Source: a virus (lineage: Duplodnaviria; Heunggongvirae; Uroviricota; Caudoviricetes). Taken from it: a DNA stretch of 42,371 nt. The stretch covers positions 1 to 42,371 of IMG/VR virus record IMGVR_UViG_2778261056_000006; one strand, written 5' to 3'. Under the pieces are notes generated by a model. The model did no database searches, was not told where the DNA came from, and was given only the letters and a program-made list of their open reading frames with translations. Below are positions 8,314-16,475 of this stretch, one piece after another. The translations under genes were made by a program, and so were the position numbers. Every line of letters begins with the position of its first letter. Position 1 is the first letter of the stretch.

Positions 8314-8330
8314 GTAAATGATTGCTTTAC
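8314..8330. promoter_or_regulatory. operator site OR-a (GTAAATGATTGCTTTAC)
   Basis: 17-bp dyad GTAAA-N5-GCTTTAC, one of three copies in the window, just upstream of the repressor start. Confidence 0.55.
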
Positions 8331-8351
8331 CAGTAGGTAGGCATTCATTGA

Positions 8352-8380
8352 TTGACTCATTGGTAAAATGATGCTTTACT
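8352..8380 (+). promoter_or_regulatory. PR-like rightward promoter overlapped by operator OR-b (GTAAAATGATGCTTTAC at 8363-8379)
   Basis: TTGACT(8352-8357)-17 bp-TTTACT(8375-8380), followed by SD AAGGAGG and ATG 8402; operator overlaps spacer and -10. Confidence 0.6.
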
Positions 8381-8401
8381 TTTTCCATCTAAGGAGGTCC
8401 T

Positions 8402-8626
8402 ATGACTGGTATTGAGAAAGCTATTCAAAAGTTTGGCACAGGTGCGGCACTCGGAAGAGCGCTTGGATTTTCAAAAATGACAATTTCCAACTGGAAGAAA
8501 ACTGGCATTCCGCCCGATCACATTCGCTCTGTTTTTGAGCTTACGGGAGTCACCCCGCATGAGTTGCGGCCTGACTTATATCCCAATCCAACCGATGCCT
8601 TACCAGTGCAAGAAACGAGGGCATAA
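8402..8626 (+). CDS. Cro-like HTH regulator (YdaS-type)
   Basis: 74 aa; HTH (AALGRALGFSKMTISNWKK) and HELRPDLYP motif typical of Rac YdaS-type Cro analogues; strong SD; divergent from repressor. Confidence 0.7.
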   Translation: MTGIEKAIQKFGTGAALGRALGFSKMTISNWKKTGIPPDHIRSVFELTGVTPHELRPDLYPNPTDALPVQETRA

Positions 8627-8628
8627 CC

Positions 8629-9168
8629 ATGCAGTCACTGTCACTTCATCAAAATAGCGGATATCAACCGGCTGCGATGATAAATCGCAATCAACCTGTC
8701 TCGGTAGATAAACATGACCAGATCCGCGATGCCGTTCGTGCGTGGGCGGGTGTAGATGGTCAGGATGTCGTTTCTGCTCTGATCATCGAAGAGTACCAGG
8801 CTCAAGGGGGAGACGAGATCACTTTCCCTGATGACCTCAGCCGACAGCGTCAGAAGCTTTTCCGCTTTCTGGATAACCATTTCAACAGCGAACGGTACCG
8901 CGAAAACGTTCGCCAGCTGACTCCGGCAATCCTCGCTGTCCTGCCGATTGAATACCGCAATCGTCTGCTACCAGAAGACAACGTAATGGCTCGTCTGGCA
9001 AGGCTGGAGAAGGAAACCAGCGAAGCGAAGATTGCTGTCGCAATGGATGCGCCACGTCATCAGAAGCTGAAAGAGTTGAGCGAGGGGATCGTGGAGATGT
9101 ATCGCGTTGACCCTGGGTTAACCGGTCCGTTGATGGAAATAGTGCAGATTATGCTGGGGGCTATATGA
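8629..9168 (+). CDS. YdaT-like regulatory protein (CII position)
   Basis: 179 aa directly after the Cro-like gene (4-nt gap); position and loose motif resemblance to the Rac YdaT family. Confidence 0.5.
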   Translation: MQSLSLHQNSGYQPAAMINRNQPVSVDKHDQIRDAVRAWAGVDGQDVVSALIIEEYQAQGGDEITFPDDLSRQRQKLFRFLDNHFNSERYRENVRQLTPAILAVLPIEYRNRLLPEDNVMARLARLEKETSEAKIAVAMDAPRHQKLKELSEGIVEMYRVDPGLTGPLMEIVQIMLGAI

Positions 9169-9252
9169 CCGGTTCAAAAATGGCGAAAGCCGCGGTGCTC
9201 GAACACCAACGGCTTTCAGGTGCAAAAACAGTGCGTAATTGCGGAGAACAGT

Positions 9253-10161
9253 ATGTCAAACACCGCTGAAATAATCAATTTCCCAAATAAAACCGAACAA
9301 CCGGGAGGTCGTATGGCCGACCTGTCGAACGGGTATACCAAGGTCGCTAACGAGATCCAACAGCTTAAGCCTCGCCTGAGACTGTCAGGCCGGGAATGGC
9401 AATGTTTTGAGGCGGTGATCTGGCTTACCTACGGCTGGAACAAGAAACAGGACCGCGTGACAAATACGGTTATTGCCGAGCTTACGGGCCTGAGCGATAC
9501 GCATGTATCGGACGCGCTTAAGTCTCTCGCAGAACGCAAAATCATCTTTTCACAGAAGCAGGGCATGATGAAAATCGTCGGTGTAAACACTGACCTTTCA
9601 GCATGGATTTTAGACAAACCGGAAACGGGAAGAAAATTCCCGAAAACGGGAAAATCCTTCCCGAAATCAGGAATAACCTTCCCGAAAACGGTAGACACCC
9701 AATACAAGAACAAGAACAGTATTAAAAGATCTTCGTCCGAGAATTCTGACGAATCCTCTGACGCACGTCTGAAGAAATTTTTATCAACTCATCCTGAAGC
9801 TGCGGTCTACACACCATCCGGTGCGAAGTGGGGCTCTGCTGAAGACCTCGAGACAGCTAAGTGGATTTCCTCCAGGGTGAAGCTGATTAACCCAACCTGC
9901 AAAGCCCCGGACATGACCTCCTGGTCTAACACTGTTCGCCTGATGCGCCAGATAGACAACCGGTCGCACCAGGACATCTGCGCGCTGTATGACTGGGCTA
10001 GCAAACACCACTTCTGGCAGACCAACATCCTGAGTCCCGAAAGCCTGCGTAAGCAGTGGGACAAGCTGACAATGCAGCGTAACGCCGGAGGTGAGCAGCG
10101 CGCTGTCAAGCCAGATCTGGACTTCAACAACACTGACTGGGCCTATGGGGTGATCCGATGA
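9253..10161 (+). CDS. replication initiator, lambda O-like
   Basis: N-terminus (AEIINFP...LSGREWQCFEAVIWLTYGWNKKQDRVTNTVIAELTGL) aligns with the lambda O N-terminal domain; iterons inside the gene; ATG 9253 with GGAG SD preferred over upstream GTG 9220. Confidence 0.8.
   Translation: MSNTAEIINFPNKTEQPGGRMADLSNGYTKVANEIQQLKPRLRLSGREWQCFEAVIWLTYGWNKKQDRVTNTVIAELTGLSDTHVSDALKSLAERKIIFSQKQGMMKIVGVNTDLSAWILDKPETGRKFPKTGKSFPKSGITFPKTVDTQYKNKNSIKRSSSENSDESSDARLKKFLSTHPEAAVYTPSGAKWGSAEDLETAKWISSRVKLINPTCKAPDMTSWSNTVRLMRQIDNRSHQDICALYDWASKHHFWQTNILSPESLRKQWDKLTMQRNAGGEQRAVKPDLDFNNTDWAYGVIR
9616..9696. repeat. origin iterons: four ~14-18 bp repeats (core CCCGAAAACGGGAA) at ~21-bp spacing, followed by an A/T-rich segment to ~9735
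   Basis: Repeat cores at about 9619, 9639, 9660, 9681, each with internal dyad (CCCG..CGGG); they encode the FPKTGKSFPKSGITFPKT linker of the O-like protein, as in ori-lambda. Confidence 0.7.
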
Positions 10162-10847
10162 AATCTCTTGCAGAGCAGATGCGTAACCACGACCGCGAGC
10201 AGATGAGCCGCATGGCCCATAACCTGCCAGAGCAGTACCAGGAGTGCGCGCCGGTCGAGCAGGTGGCGCAGGTATTCAACAAGCTGTTCAACGAGCTGCG
10301 CGCCGCGTTCCCGGCCAGCATGGCGAACTTCCGCACCCAGGAAGACCTGAACGAATTCCGCCGTCAGTGGCTGCTGGCGTTTCAGGAGAACGGGATCCAC
10401 ACCATGGCTCAGGTCGATGCCGGCATGCGCATTGCCCGCCGCCAGGAGCGCCCATTCCTGCCGTCGCCGGGCCAGTTCGTCGCCTGGTGCAAGCAGAGCG
10501 GCGGCGCGCTGGGCGTCAACGTTGACCAGGTGATCGCCGAATACTGGGACTGGCGTAACCGCTCGTTCGAATTCATCTCCAGCGAGCAATTTCCATGGTC
10601 GCAGCCGGTCATGTACCACATTTGCGTAGAATTGCGCCACCGCAGCACCGAGCGCCAGTTAACGCATGGTGAACTGGCACGCGAGGCAGGCGATCTGCTG
10701 GACATGTGGGAAAGGCGCGTCACCGAGGGTAAGCCAGTGCCGCCGGTACGCCGGGCTATTGCCGCACCAGCTGCCGAGCAAGGGCCGACGCCGATCCAGC
10801 TGCTGCTGGCCAAGTACAACCGCAACAAGTCGAACGGGATGGTGTGA
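10158..10847 (+). CDS. replication protein P-like (helicase loader)
   Basis: 229 aa; MKSLAEQMRNHDREQMSRMAHNLPEQY...RPFLPSPGQFVAWC closely matches lambda P; start overlaps the O-like stop. Confidence 0.8.
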   Translation: MKSLAEQMRNHDREQMSRMAHNLPEQYQECAPVEQVAQVFNKLFNELRAAFPASMANFRTQEDLNEFRRQWLLAFQENGIHTMAQVDAGMRIARRQERPFLPSPGQFVAWCKQSGGALGVNVDQVIAEYWDWRNRSFEFISSEQFPWSQPVMYHICVELRHRSTERQLTHGELAREAGDLLDMWERRVTEGKPVPPVRRAIAAPAAEQGPTPIQLLLAKYNRNKSNGMV

Positions 10848-10848
10848 C

Positions 10849-11193
10849 ATGAACATAACAATCCGTGAGCAGGTGCTGGCAGCCCTGCGCAACAACCCAG
10901 GGTTGAACAACGCCAAACTGGCAGGGCTTATCGGCATGGACACCAAAAAGATATCCGGAACGGTGAGCACGCTGCTGGCAGACGGCCTGATCCGCTGCGA
11001 AGGAAAATACGGCCAGCGCCTTTACAGCCTGACCAGCTACGGAATGCGCTTCGCCCCTGACACGATACCTGGCATGAAGCAGGGTAAGTCGAAGTTAATT
11101 CAGCGGACGGACACAAACGTGATCTGCCAGGAGTGCCGCAACAGCGCGGCGATGAGAAGGGTATTGATGGTTTGGGGGAGGGTAGGGGTATGA
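10849..11193 (+). CDS. winged-helix DNA-binding protein (nin region)
   Basis: 114 aa from ATG 10849 (2 nt after P stop); the ORF track's upstream extension from 10666 lies inside P and is discounted. Confidence 0.5.
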   Translation: MNITIREQVLAALRNNPGLNNAKLAGLIGMDTKKISGTVSTLLADGLIRCEGKYGQRLYSLTSYGMRFAPDTIPGMKQGKSKLIQRTDTNVICQECRNSAAMRRVLMVWGRVGV

Positions 11194-11387
11194 AAATCGA
11201 AGATATCAAAAACGTTGCGGTGTTCTTCAATATGAACGGCAAGACAGTAGCGTTACGAATGGATGCTGAGCAGAAGCGGATCGTCGCATTAATGGCGCTT
11301 AACACGGCTGATGCTCGGGCAGAACTGATTGAAGTGCCGCACATGACTTTACCAGCAGACCCAGCCATGGAGGAGGCCGCCCAATGA
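11190..11387 (+). CDS. hypothetical protein
   Basis: 65 aa from ATG 11190 overlapping the previous stop (ATGA); translationally coupled chain. Confidence 0.45.
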   Translation: MKIEDIKNVAVFFNMNGKTVALRMDAEQKRIVALMALNTADARAELIEVPHMTLPADPAMEEAAQ

Positions 11388-11929
11388 GCAACATCGACAA
11401 ACGTGGATTACGGGAAGCAGCGGAGAAGGCGACGAAAGGCCGGTGGGCTGTTGAGTTCGACGATGAGATTTACTCCACTGACGGCGTGAACCATGAGCAA
11501 ATAGCCATGGTATTCAGTGAAAACGAAGCGCGTGATGCTGCATTTATCGCCGCAGCCAACCCCGCCACCGTGCTGGCACTGCTGGATGAGCTGGAAGCCG
11601 CAGAGAAGCGCATAGCAGAACTGGAGGCGCGTTCATTCAATCCAGCAATTCTGGATGTGGTAGCCGAACGTCAGCGGCAACAGTCGGTTGAAGGATGGAC
11701 TCCTGAACATGACAACGCATATCAAAATAGCGAATTAGCAGATGCAGCGGCTTGTTACGCAATTCATGCGCACAACCAAGGTTTCTCCACTCCAGCACAT
11801 TGGCCGTGGTCGCCTGATTGGTGGAAGCAATCAGGAGCACGCTGCGACTTGGTAAAAGCTGGCGCTCTTATTCTGGCAGAAATTGAACGCATTGACCGCG
11901 CCGCTGGCATTGGCGTGAAGGGGGAATGA
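11384..11929 (+). CDS. Ead/Ea22-like protein
   Basis: 181 aa; N-terminal LREAAEKATKGRW and coiled coil LLDELEAAEKRIAELEA resemble the ead/Ea22 family of lambdoid prophages. Confidence 0.5.
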   Translation: MSNIDKRGLREAAEKATKGRWAVEFDDEIYSTDGVNHEQIAMVFSENEARDAAFIAAANPATVLALLDELEAAEKRIAELEARSFNPAILDVVAERQRQQSVEGWTPEHDNAYQNSELADAAACYAIHAHNQGFSTPAHWPWSPDWWKQSGARCDLVKAGALILAEIERIDRAAGIGVKGE

Positions 11930-11930
11930 G

Positions 11931-12134
11931 ATGTCAAAGTCACCAATGAAACTCATGCTACGGGCATGGAACAAAGAGCTTAAAAATCCAGAATGGGGCA
12001 TGGGCAATCGTAAACACCGCAAAGCTTGTGCTCGTGATTTTGCCGGAGCCAGCATAGAAACCGATGCTGATATCCCTAACCAAGCCGAAGCAGATGACCG
12101 CCTGGCGGAAGAACTTACTTACTGGACGGACTAA
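11931..12134 (+). CDS. hypothetical protein
   Basis: 67-aa ORF, compact spacing within the nin-region operon. Confidence 0.4.
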   Translation: MSKSPMKLMLRAWNKELKNPEWGMGNRKHRKACARDFAGASIETDADIPNQAEADDRLAEELTYWTD

Positions 12135-12137
12135 CCC

Positions 12138-12587
12138 ATGACAACTAACCACCCGGCGCACGGTCATGTATCACTCGATCGCCTGCACCAGATACGCGAA
12201 ATACTCAGCAACGCAGCAGCACAAAGCGACGGCGGTAATCTCGGCTACGCAATGGCTGATGCTGTGAAGGTGATTGATGGAGTTCTGGAGTCGATGGCCC
12301 GTGAGCAAGTACGCCGTGAGCATGCTACATGGTCACAGGCTACTTTCGGCGATGTCGGTCCAGTTGGTCCGCTGAAGCACCTTTCCAAAGAAGCGCTCGA
12401 GGCGGCAGCTGAACCAAGTGACCTTACCGAATGGGCTGACATGCAATTCCTGTTATGGGATGCGCAACGTCGTGCCGGTATCAGTGATGAGCAGATTACC
12501 CTGGCGATGGTAGAAAAGTTGGCGGTTAACAAACAGCGCGAATGGCCTGAGCCGAAAGATGGTGAGCCGCGTCTGCACATCAAGTAG
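12138..12587 (+). CDS. DUF550 / MazG-like nucleotide pyrophosphohydrolase-type protein
   Basis: 149 aa; C-terminal EWADMQFLLWDAQRRAGISDEQITLAMVEKLAVNKQREWP resembles the DUF550 domain common in enterobacterial prophages. Confidence 0.45.
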   Translation: MTTNHPAHGHVSLDRLHQIREILSNAAAQSDGGNLGYAMADAVKVIDGVLESMAREQVRREHATWSQATFGDVGPVGPLKHLSKEALEAAAEPSDLTEWADMQFLLWDAQRRAGISDEQITLAMVEKLAVNKQREWPEPKDGEPRLHIK

Positions 12588-12640
12588 ACTCTTATGGATA
12601 ATTGAACCCTAATTCATTATGAACATAATAAGGAGTCCTT

Positions 12641-12961
12641 ATGTCTTACATAATGCCTGAAAAAGGCCAAATGAATGAATATGGAATTGAGGCTTTCGGG
12701 ATCCCGCTTACCAGTAGGCATGGAGTTGCGATGGAACTGTCTCAAATGCTACGTTTTTCTTACTATGTAGCTTCAGTTGGGCTTGTAAAATGTATTGAAA
12801 GTGTCTTCTATGATTCAGGCTCTTGCTGCTGTAATTTTGAATTTATTCCCGGGTTTAATGAGTATTCGGAGGAGGCAGAAAAAATTAGACAGTGCGCGCT
12901 ACGTTCGATTGGGCAATTTGAATGGTTCGGTATGATTGAACACGGCGACATCAACGGCTAA
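12641..12961 (+). CDS. hypothetical protein (AT-rich island)
   Basis: 106-aa ORF with SD AAGGAG, in visibly AT-rich DNA, followed by its own intrinsic terminator. Confidence 0.5.
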   Translation: MSYIMPEKGQMNEYGIEAFGIPLTSRHGVAMELSQMLRFSYYVASVGLVKCIESVFYDSGSCCCNFEFIPGFNEYSEEAEKIRQCALRSIGQFEWFGMIEHGDING

Positions 12962-12989
12962 GTGTTTAACTCCAATAGCAAACGAATAA

Positions 12990-13014
12990 AAGCCTCTAAG
13001 TTAGAGGTTTTTTA
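12990..13014 (+). terminator. intrinsic terminator
   Basis: Stem CCTCTA/TAGAGG with 4-nt loop followed by T5. Confidence 0.6.
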
Positions 13015-13216
13015 TGTCTGAAAGGTAGCATTACCAAGTCTATGGTTGCCTAGCTCAGTCAGGCTTGTATTTGGTTGCTTAGCAATCAACTCATGCGACA
13101 TGAGCGGGATCTTTCTAATCATCATTTTCGGTAAATGATTTTGGTTGCTTGGTTGACAAAATCGAGAAAATGCGAAAATATATGGTTTACGAATTCCAAA
13201 AAAAGCGAAACTTGAA

Positions 13217-13867
13217 ATGAGCGACAACCAGTTAGCACCTTGTTGGGAATTTCAGCCTTACCTTGCTGAAAGCAATGTTCGTCAGTTGTTAGCGGAAATT
13301 GCTAATGTACTCGAGCAATTGTACTACCACAAACACACACTGGACAGTAACTGGTCCGAAGGTGTAAGGGCTTATGATTGGGTCAGAAATCATTTGATTC
13401 AAAGTGAAGGGACACTGCCGGGTCTGGAAATGGTTTCGAAGGGACTGGATTATGTGGTTGCGTTAAATAAAGTGCCGCTGCAGTTCTCCAAAGATTGCAT
13501 TAATAACCCGAAGAAGAAGCATCGCCTTCTTCGAAATAGGGTGGAGCATGAGCAACTTTCATTGTTCGGTGAAACTGAAGCCGAGCAAGATATTACATGG
13601 CGGATCATCGCCGAACCATTTTTATCCGATGAAGAAGATGGCGAGCTGGAATCAACATTGCCTCGCTGGGAAGTGGCTTTAGTTGGGTTTAACGCATATG
13701 GTGCCCAGATCAGTATGGTTTCACACCAATCTACTGCTTCAGCGCCGCTTATGTCTCTTGATACCAACACTCTTCCGGATGAAGCTGAGATTGGCAAAGC
13801 CTCTCTTCGCCGCCGTAAAAAAGATCAAGATTTGGATGTGAGCAGTAATGGAACATCAAGTGAATGA
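13217..13867 (+). CDS. unknown protein, candidate effector/toxin partner of the downstream HTH-peptidase
   Basis: 216-aa ORF with no motif I recognise; 3' end overlaps the next gene by 20 nt; preceded by TTGACA -35-like element and 12-bp direct repeats TTTGGTTGCTT. Confidence 0.55.
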   Translation: MSDNQLAPCWEFQPYLAESNVRQLLAEIANVLEQLYYHKHTLDSNWSEGVRAYDWVRNHLIQSEGTLPGLEMVSKGLDYVVALNKVPLQFSKDCINNPKKKHRLLRNRVEHEQLSLFGETEAEQDITWRIIAEPFLSDEEDGELESTLPRWEVALVGFNAYGAQISMVSHQSTASAPLMSLDTNTLPDEAEIGKASLRRRKKDQDLDVSSNGTSSE

Positions 13868-14951
13868 CTTTGCTGAGTATCGTGGGGATAAGCTCAAATT
13901 AGCCAGAATGGCTGTTGGGCTCTCCTGCGAAGAGTTAGCGGAGAAAATTGGTAAAACAAAACAATTCGTTAGCAAATTGGAAAAAGGGTTTAAACCATCA
14001 GAACAGTTGTTAGAATTAATCTCATCTGCGCTGATGATTAAATCTGATTTCCTATTTACTGAACGAAAATATGCTTTAGAAAGCGATGTTTGCCATTTTC
14101 GGAGTAAAAAATCGAGAACCCAAACATTAACCAATAGTGTTCTGGCAAGGGCGGAGATTCTTAACATTATAATCTCTGCCGTTGAGGGAGAAATCGAGTT
14201 TCCTGATGTTTTCATACCTGAGCACCCCGGTGCTGAATTGCTGACTCCAAATGATATTGAACGTGTAGCGGAAGACTGCAGAAGAGCATGGAACTTAGGG
14301 CTGGGACCTATATCCTCAATGGTCAAACTGGCTGAGAGTTTGGGGGTTATTGTTGCTCATGTGACAGGAGTGGATGACCGCGTAGATGCTTTTACTGTTC
14401 ATAACAACAGGCCAGTAATCATCCGAAATAACGTCAAAAAGAGTATATGCAGATTCCGATCAGATTTAGGTCACGAATTGGGGCACTTGGTTATGCACGA
14501 AGGTATAACCACAGGAGATAAAGTGACTGAATCGCAAGCGGATCGTTTTTCAAGCGCGTTGCTAGTTCCTCGATTGTCCTTTATTAAAGAGTTTCCCCGT
14601 ATACGAGGAAGACAGTTCGATTGGAACGCCCTAGTTGAGTTTAAGCTTCGGTGGAAGATTAGTCTTAAAATGTGCATTTACCGAGCAACAACTCTAGGCC
14701 TGCTGACGCAGGAGCAGGCAAGAACAGGTTATATGCATTTGAACTCTAAAGGATATACGAAAGTTGAACCAGGAGATGAATTTATTCGCCCGGAAGAACC
14801 GAGTATGTTAGCTGAGGCGATTGAAATGCTGGATGATGCAACATGGATGAGCATTCTCATGAAAACTGGTTTAAGCCAGGAGTTGGTTAGGGAGTTATTC
14901 TCGGTAAACCGCCCACTGTCAAATCCAAGAAATCTACTTCAACTGGTTTGA
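13848..14951 (+). CDS. fused XRE-family HTH + ImmA/IrrE (COG2856, Peptidase_M78-type) zinc metallopeptidase
   Basis: 367 aa; N-terminal HTH (LKLARMAVGLSCEELAEKIGKTKQFVSKLEKG); HExxH zinc motif HELGHLVMH in the C-terminal domain. Confidence 0.8.
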   Translation: MEHQVNDFAEYRGDKLKLARMAVGLSCEELAEKIGKTKQFVSKLEKGFKPSEQLLELISSALMIKSDFLFTERKYALESDVCHFRSKKSRTQTLTNSVLARAEILNIIISAVEGEIEFPDVFIPEHPGAELLTPNDIERVAEDCRRAWNLGLGPISSMVKLAESLGVIVAHVTGVDDRVDAFTVHNNRPVIIRNNVKKSICRFRSDLGHELGHLVMHEGITTGDKVTESQADRFSSALLVPRLSFIKEFPRIRGRQFDWNALVEFKLRWKISLKMCIYRATTLGLLTQEQARTGYMHLNSKGYTKVEPGDEFIRPEEPSMLAEAIEMLDDATWMSILMKTGLSQELVRELFSVNRPLSNPRNLLQLV

Positions 14952-14967
14952 CTCAAAGCTTGTAATA

Positions 14968-14994
14968 AACCCGCTATATGCGGGTTTTTTCTTT
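14968..14994 (+). terminator. intrinsic terminator
   Basis: CCCGC-tatat-GCGGG followed by T6. Confidence 0.7.
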
Positions 14995-15113
14995 CTGGTA
15001 GCGCGCTGTGGTAACGCTGTGCCTCCAGCGCTCGCTGAGGCGCTGGTGCGTGCTAATTTGCCGGAGCTTTGTCAGCAGAAACAAATAGCGGCGTAATAAA
15101 ACATTGCTAATTC

Positions 15114-15141
15114 AACCCGCTACGGCGGGTTTTCTTTTTTT
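15114..15141 (+). terminator. second intrinsic terminator with the same stem sequence
   Basis: CCCGC-tacg-GCGGG followed by TTTTCTTTTTTT; coordinates approximate. Confidence 0.6.
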
Positions 15142-15203
15142 AATACTGACAGAAAATTAACAATTTGTGCTCTTAAAACGTTGATCATTTCCGTGCATAG
15201 GTA

Positions 15204-15223
15204 TACTGTATAAAAACACAGTA
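15204..15223. promoter_or_regulatory. LexA box (SOS operator) upstream of dinI homologue
   Basis: TACTGTATAAAAACACAGTA, a near-consensus CTGT-N8-ACAG site, 19 nt upstream of the dinI ATG and overlapping the likely -10. Confidence 0.8.
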
Positions 15224-15241
15224 CATGCAATGGAGGCTATT

Positions 15242-15475
15242 ATGAAAGTTGAATTAACCATTGATCGCATGAAAGAACTTCCTAAAGGCGCAGTACCAGC
15301 ACTGGAGAAAGAACTGCTTAAGCGCCTGAATGATCACTATGACAATTGCAGGCTCACAATCCGCCGTGCCGGGTCCGATGGGTTAAGTGTTTTTGGTGGT
15401 GACAAGGACGATAAAAAGAAAATTGAATCAATCCTCCAGGATACCCGGGAAAGCGCTGACGACTGGTTTTATTAG
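15242..15475 (+). CDS. dinI: DinI-family protein
   Basis: 77 aa from ATG 15242 (SD GGAGG 5 nt upstream); aligns along its length with E. coli DinI (…LSV.G..K.DK..I..ILQ.T.ESADDWF). Confidence 0.85.
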   Translation: MKVELTIDRMKELPKGAVPALEKELLKRLNDHYDNCRLTIRRAGSDGLSVFGGDKDDKKKIESILQDTRESADDWFY

Positions 15476-15478
15476 AAT

Positions 15479-15505
15479 TGCGCTTAAGGCTGGCGCGCAT
15501 TTTTC
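15479..15505 (+). terminator. possible weak terminator after dinI
   Basis: TGCGC...GCGCA stem with long loop followed by T5; weak. Confidence 0.3.
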
Positions 15506-15592
15506 AGAATACCGCAATTTGCGTAACCCTCTGATGCTGCTGCCGACAATCTTTAATCGCGTCTGTTAGTCGCTCGAAGGGAGAACATAAAT

Positions 15593-15841
15593 GTGAGTGA
15601 TTCAGCTTTGCAAACGTCAGAAGACAACTGGTATGACATTGTAAGAAGGTCTGACGGCTGCGTGGTGTTTAGCTTTCCTTCATCGGGCAGGCATCTAATT
15701 TATCGCGTCAATGGCATGGTTTCTATGCGGCCTTTGCTGGATGATGAAGAGGTCTTTACTCCTAATGGTTTTATGCAATTTATCCGCCGTCTCGGCTACC
15801 GGGTAACACCACCTTCTGATAATATGAAATCAACGGTCTGA
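15593..15841 (+). CDS. hypothetical protein downstream of dinI
   Basis: 82-aa ORF with GTG start and SD GAAGGGAG; no recognisable motif. Confidence 0.45.
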   Translation: MSDSALQTSEDNWYDIVRRSDGCVVFSFPSSGRHLIYRVNGMVSMRPLLDDEEVFTPNGFMQFIRRLGYRVTPPSDNMKSTV

Positions 15842-15875
15842 ACAACCGTAACCTACTGCGCCACGGAGAGAAACC

Positions 15876-16475
15876 ATGGCGCACGAACTACAACTCATTA
15901 AGCAGTCCTCAGGAATTCTGATCCCCGCTACGCCGGAGACCAGCGATATTCTGCAATCAAAAATCAAACTTGGTGCCGTATTGGTAGCCGAATTTCGTCA
16001 GGTGAGGAATCCAGCATTCCATCGCCGTTTCTTTGCGCTCCTGAATCTCGGGTTTGAATACTGGGAACCCACCGGTGGGGCGATTTCTTCCAATGAACGT
16101 AAATTGGTGACCGGGTACGCTAAATTCCTCGCGGCATTTGGTGGAAACGAAGGCGCACTGCTGGATGCTGCCGAGCAGTATCTGGACCGTATCGCCGATA
16201 AGCGCGCCGGTAGTATCAGCATCTGCAAATCCTATGACGCATATCGTGCATGGGTGATCATCGAGTCTGGCCACTACGACGCCATACAGCTTCCCGACGG
16301 CACCCTTCGCAAACACCCCCGCAGCATTGCCTTTGCCAACATGGACGAAACCGAGTTCCAGCAGCTGTACAAAGCCGCGCTCGATGTTCTGTGGCGCTGG
16401 GTATTGTCCCGGGCATTCAAGGACCAGCGTGAAGCGGAAAACGCCGCATCGCAGCTCATGAGCTTTGCGGGGTGA
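15876..16475 (+). CDS. hypothetical nin-region phage protein (possibly DUF1367-type)
   Basis: 199-aa ORF with SD; family suggestion from recall only. Confidence 0.5.
   Translation: MAHELQLIKQSSGILIPATPETSDILQSKIKLGAVLVAEFRQVRNPAFHRRFFALLNLGFEYWEPTGGAISSNERKLVTGYAKFLAAFGGNEGALLDAAEQYLDRIADKRAGSISICKSYDAYRAWVIIESGHYDAIQLPDGTLRKHPRSIAFANMDETEFQQLYKAALDVLWRWVLSRAFKDQREAENAASQLMSFAG

Noticed and set aside
10143-10970. Several overlapping ORFs on both strands inside the P gene
   Set aside because: Alternative frames of a GC-rich gene that matches lambda P; Arg/Ala/Pro-rich junk composition.
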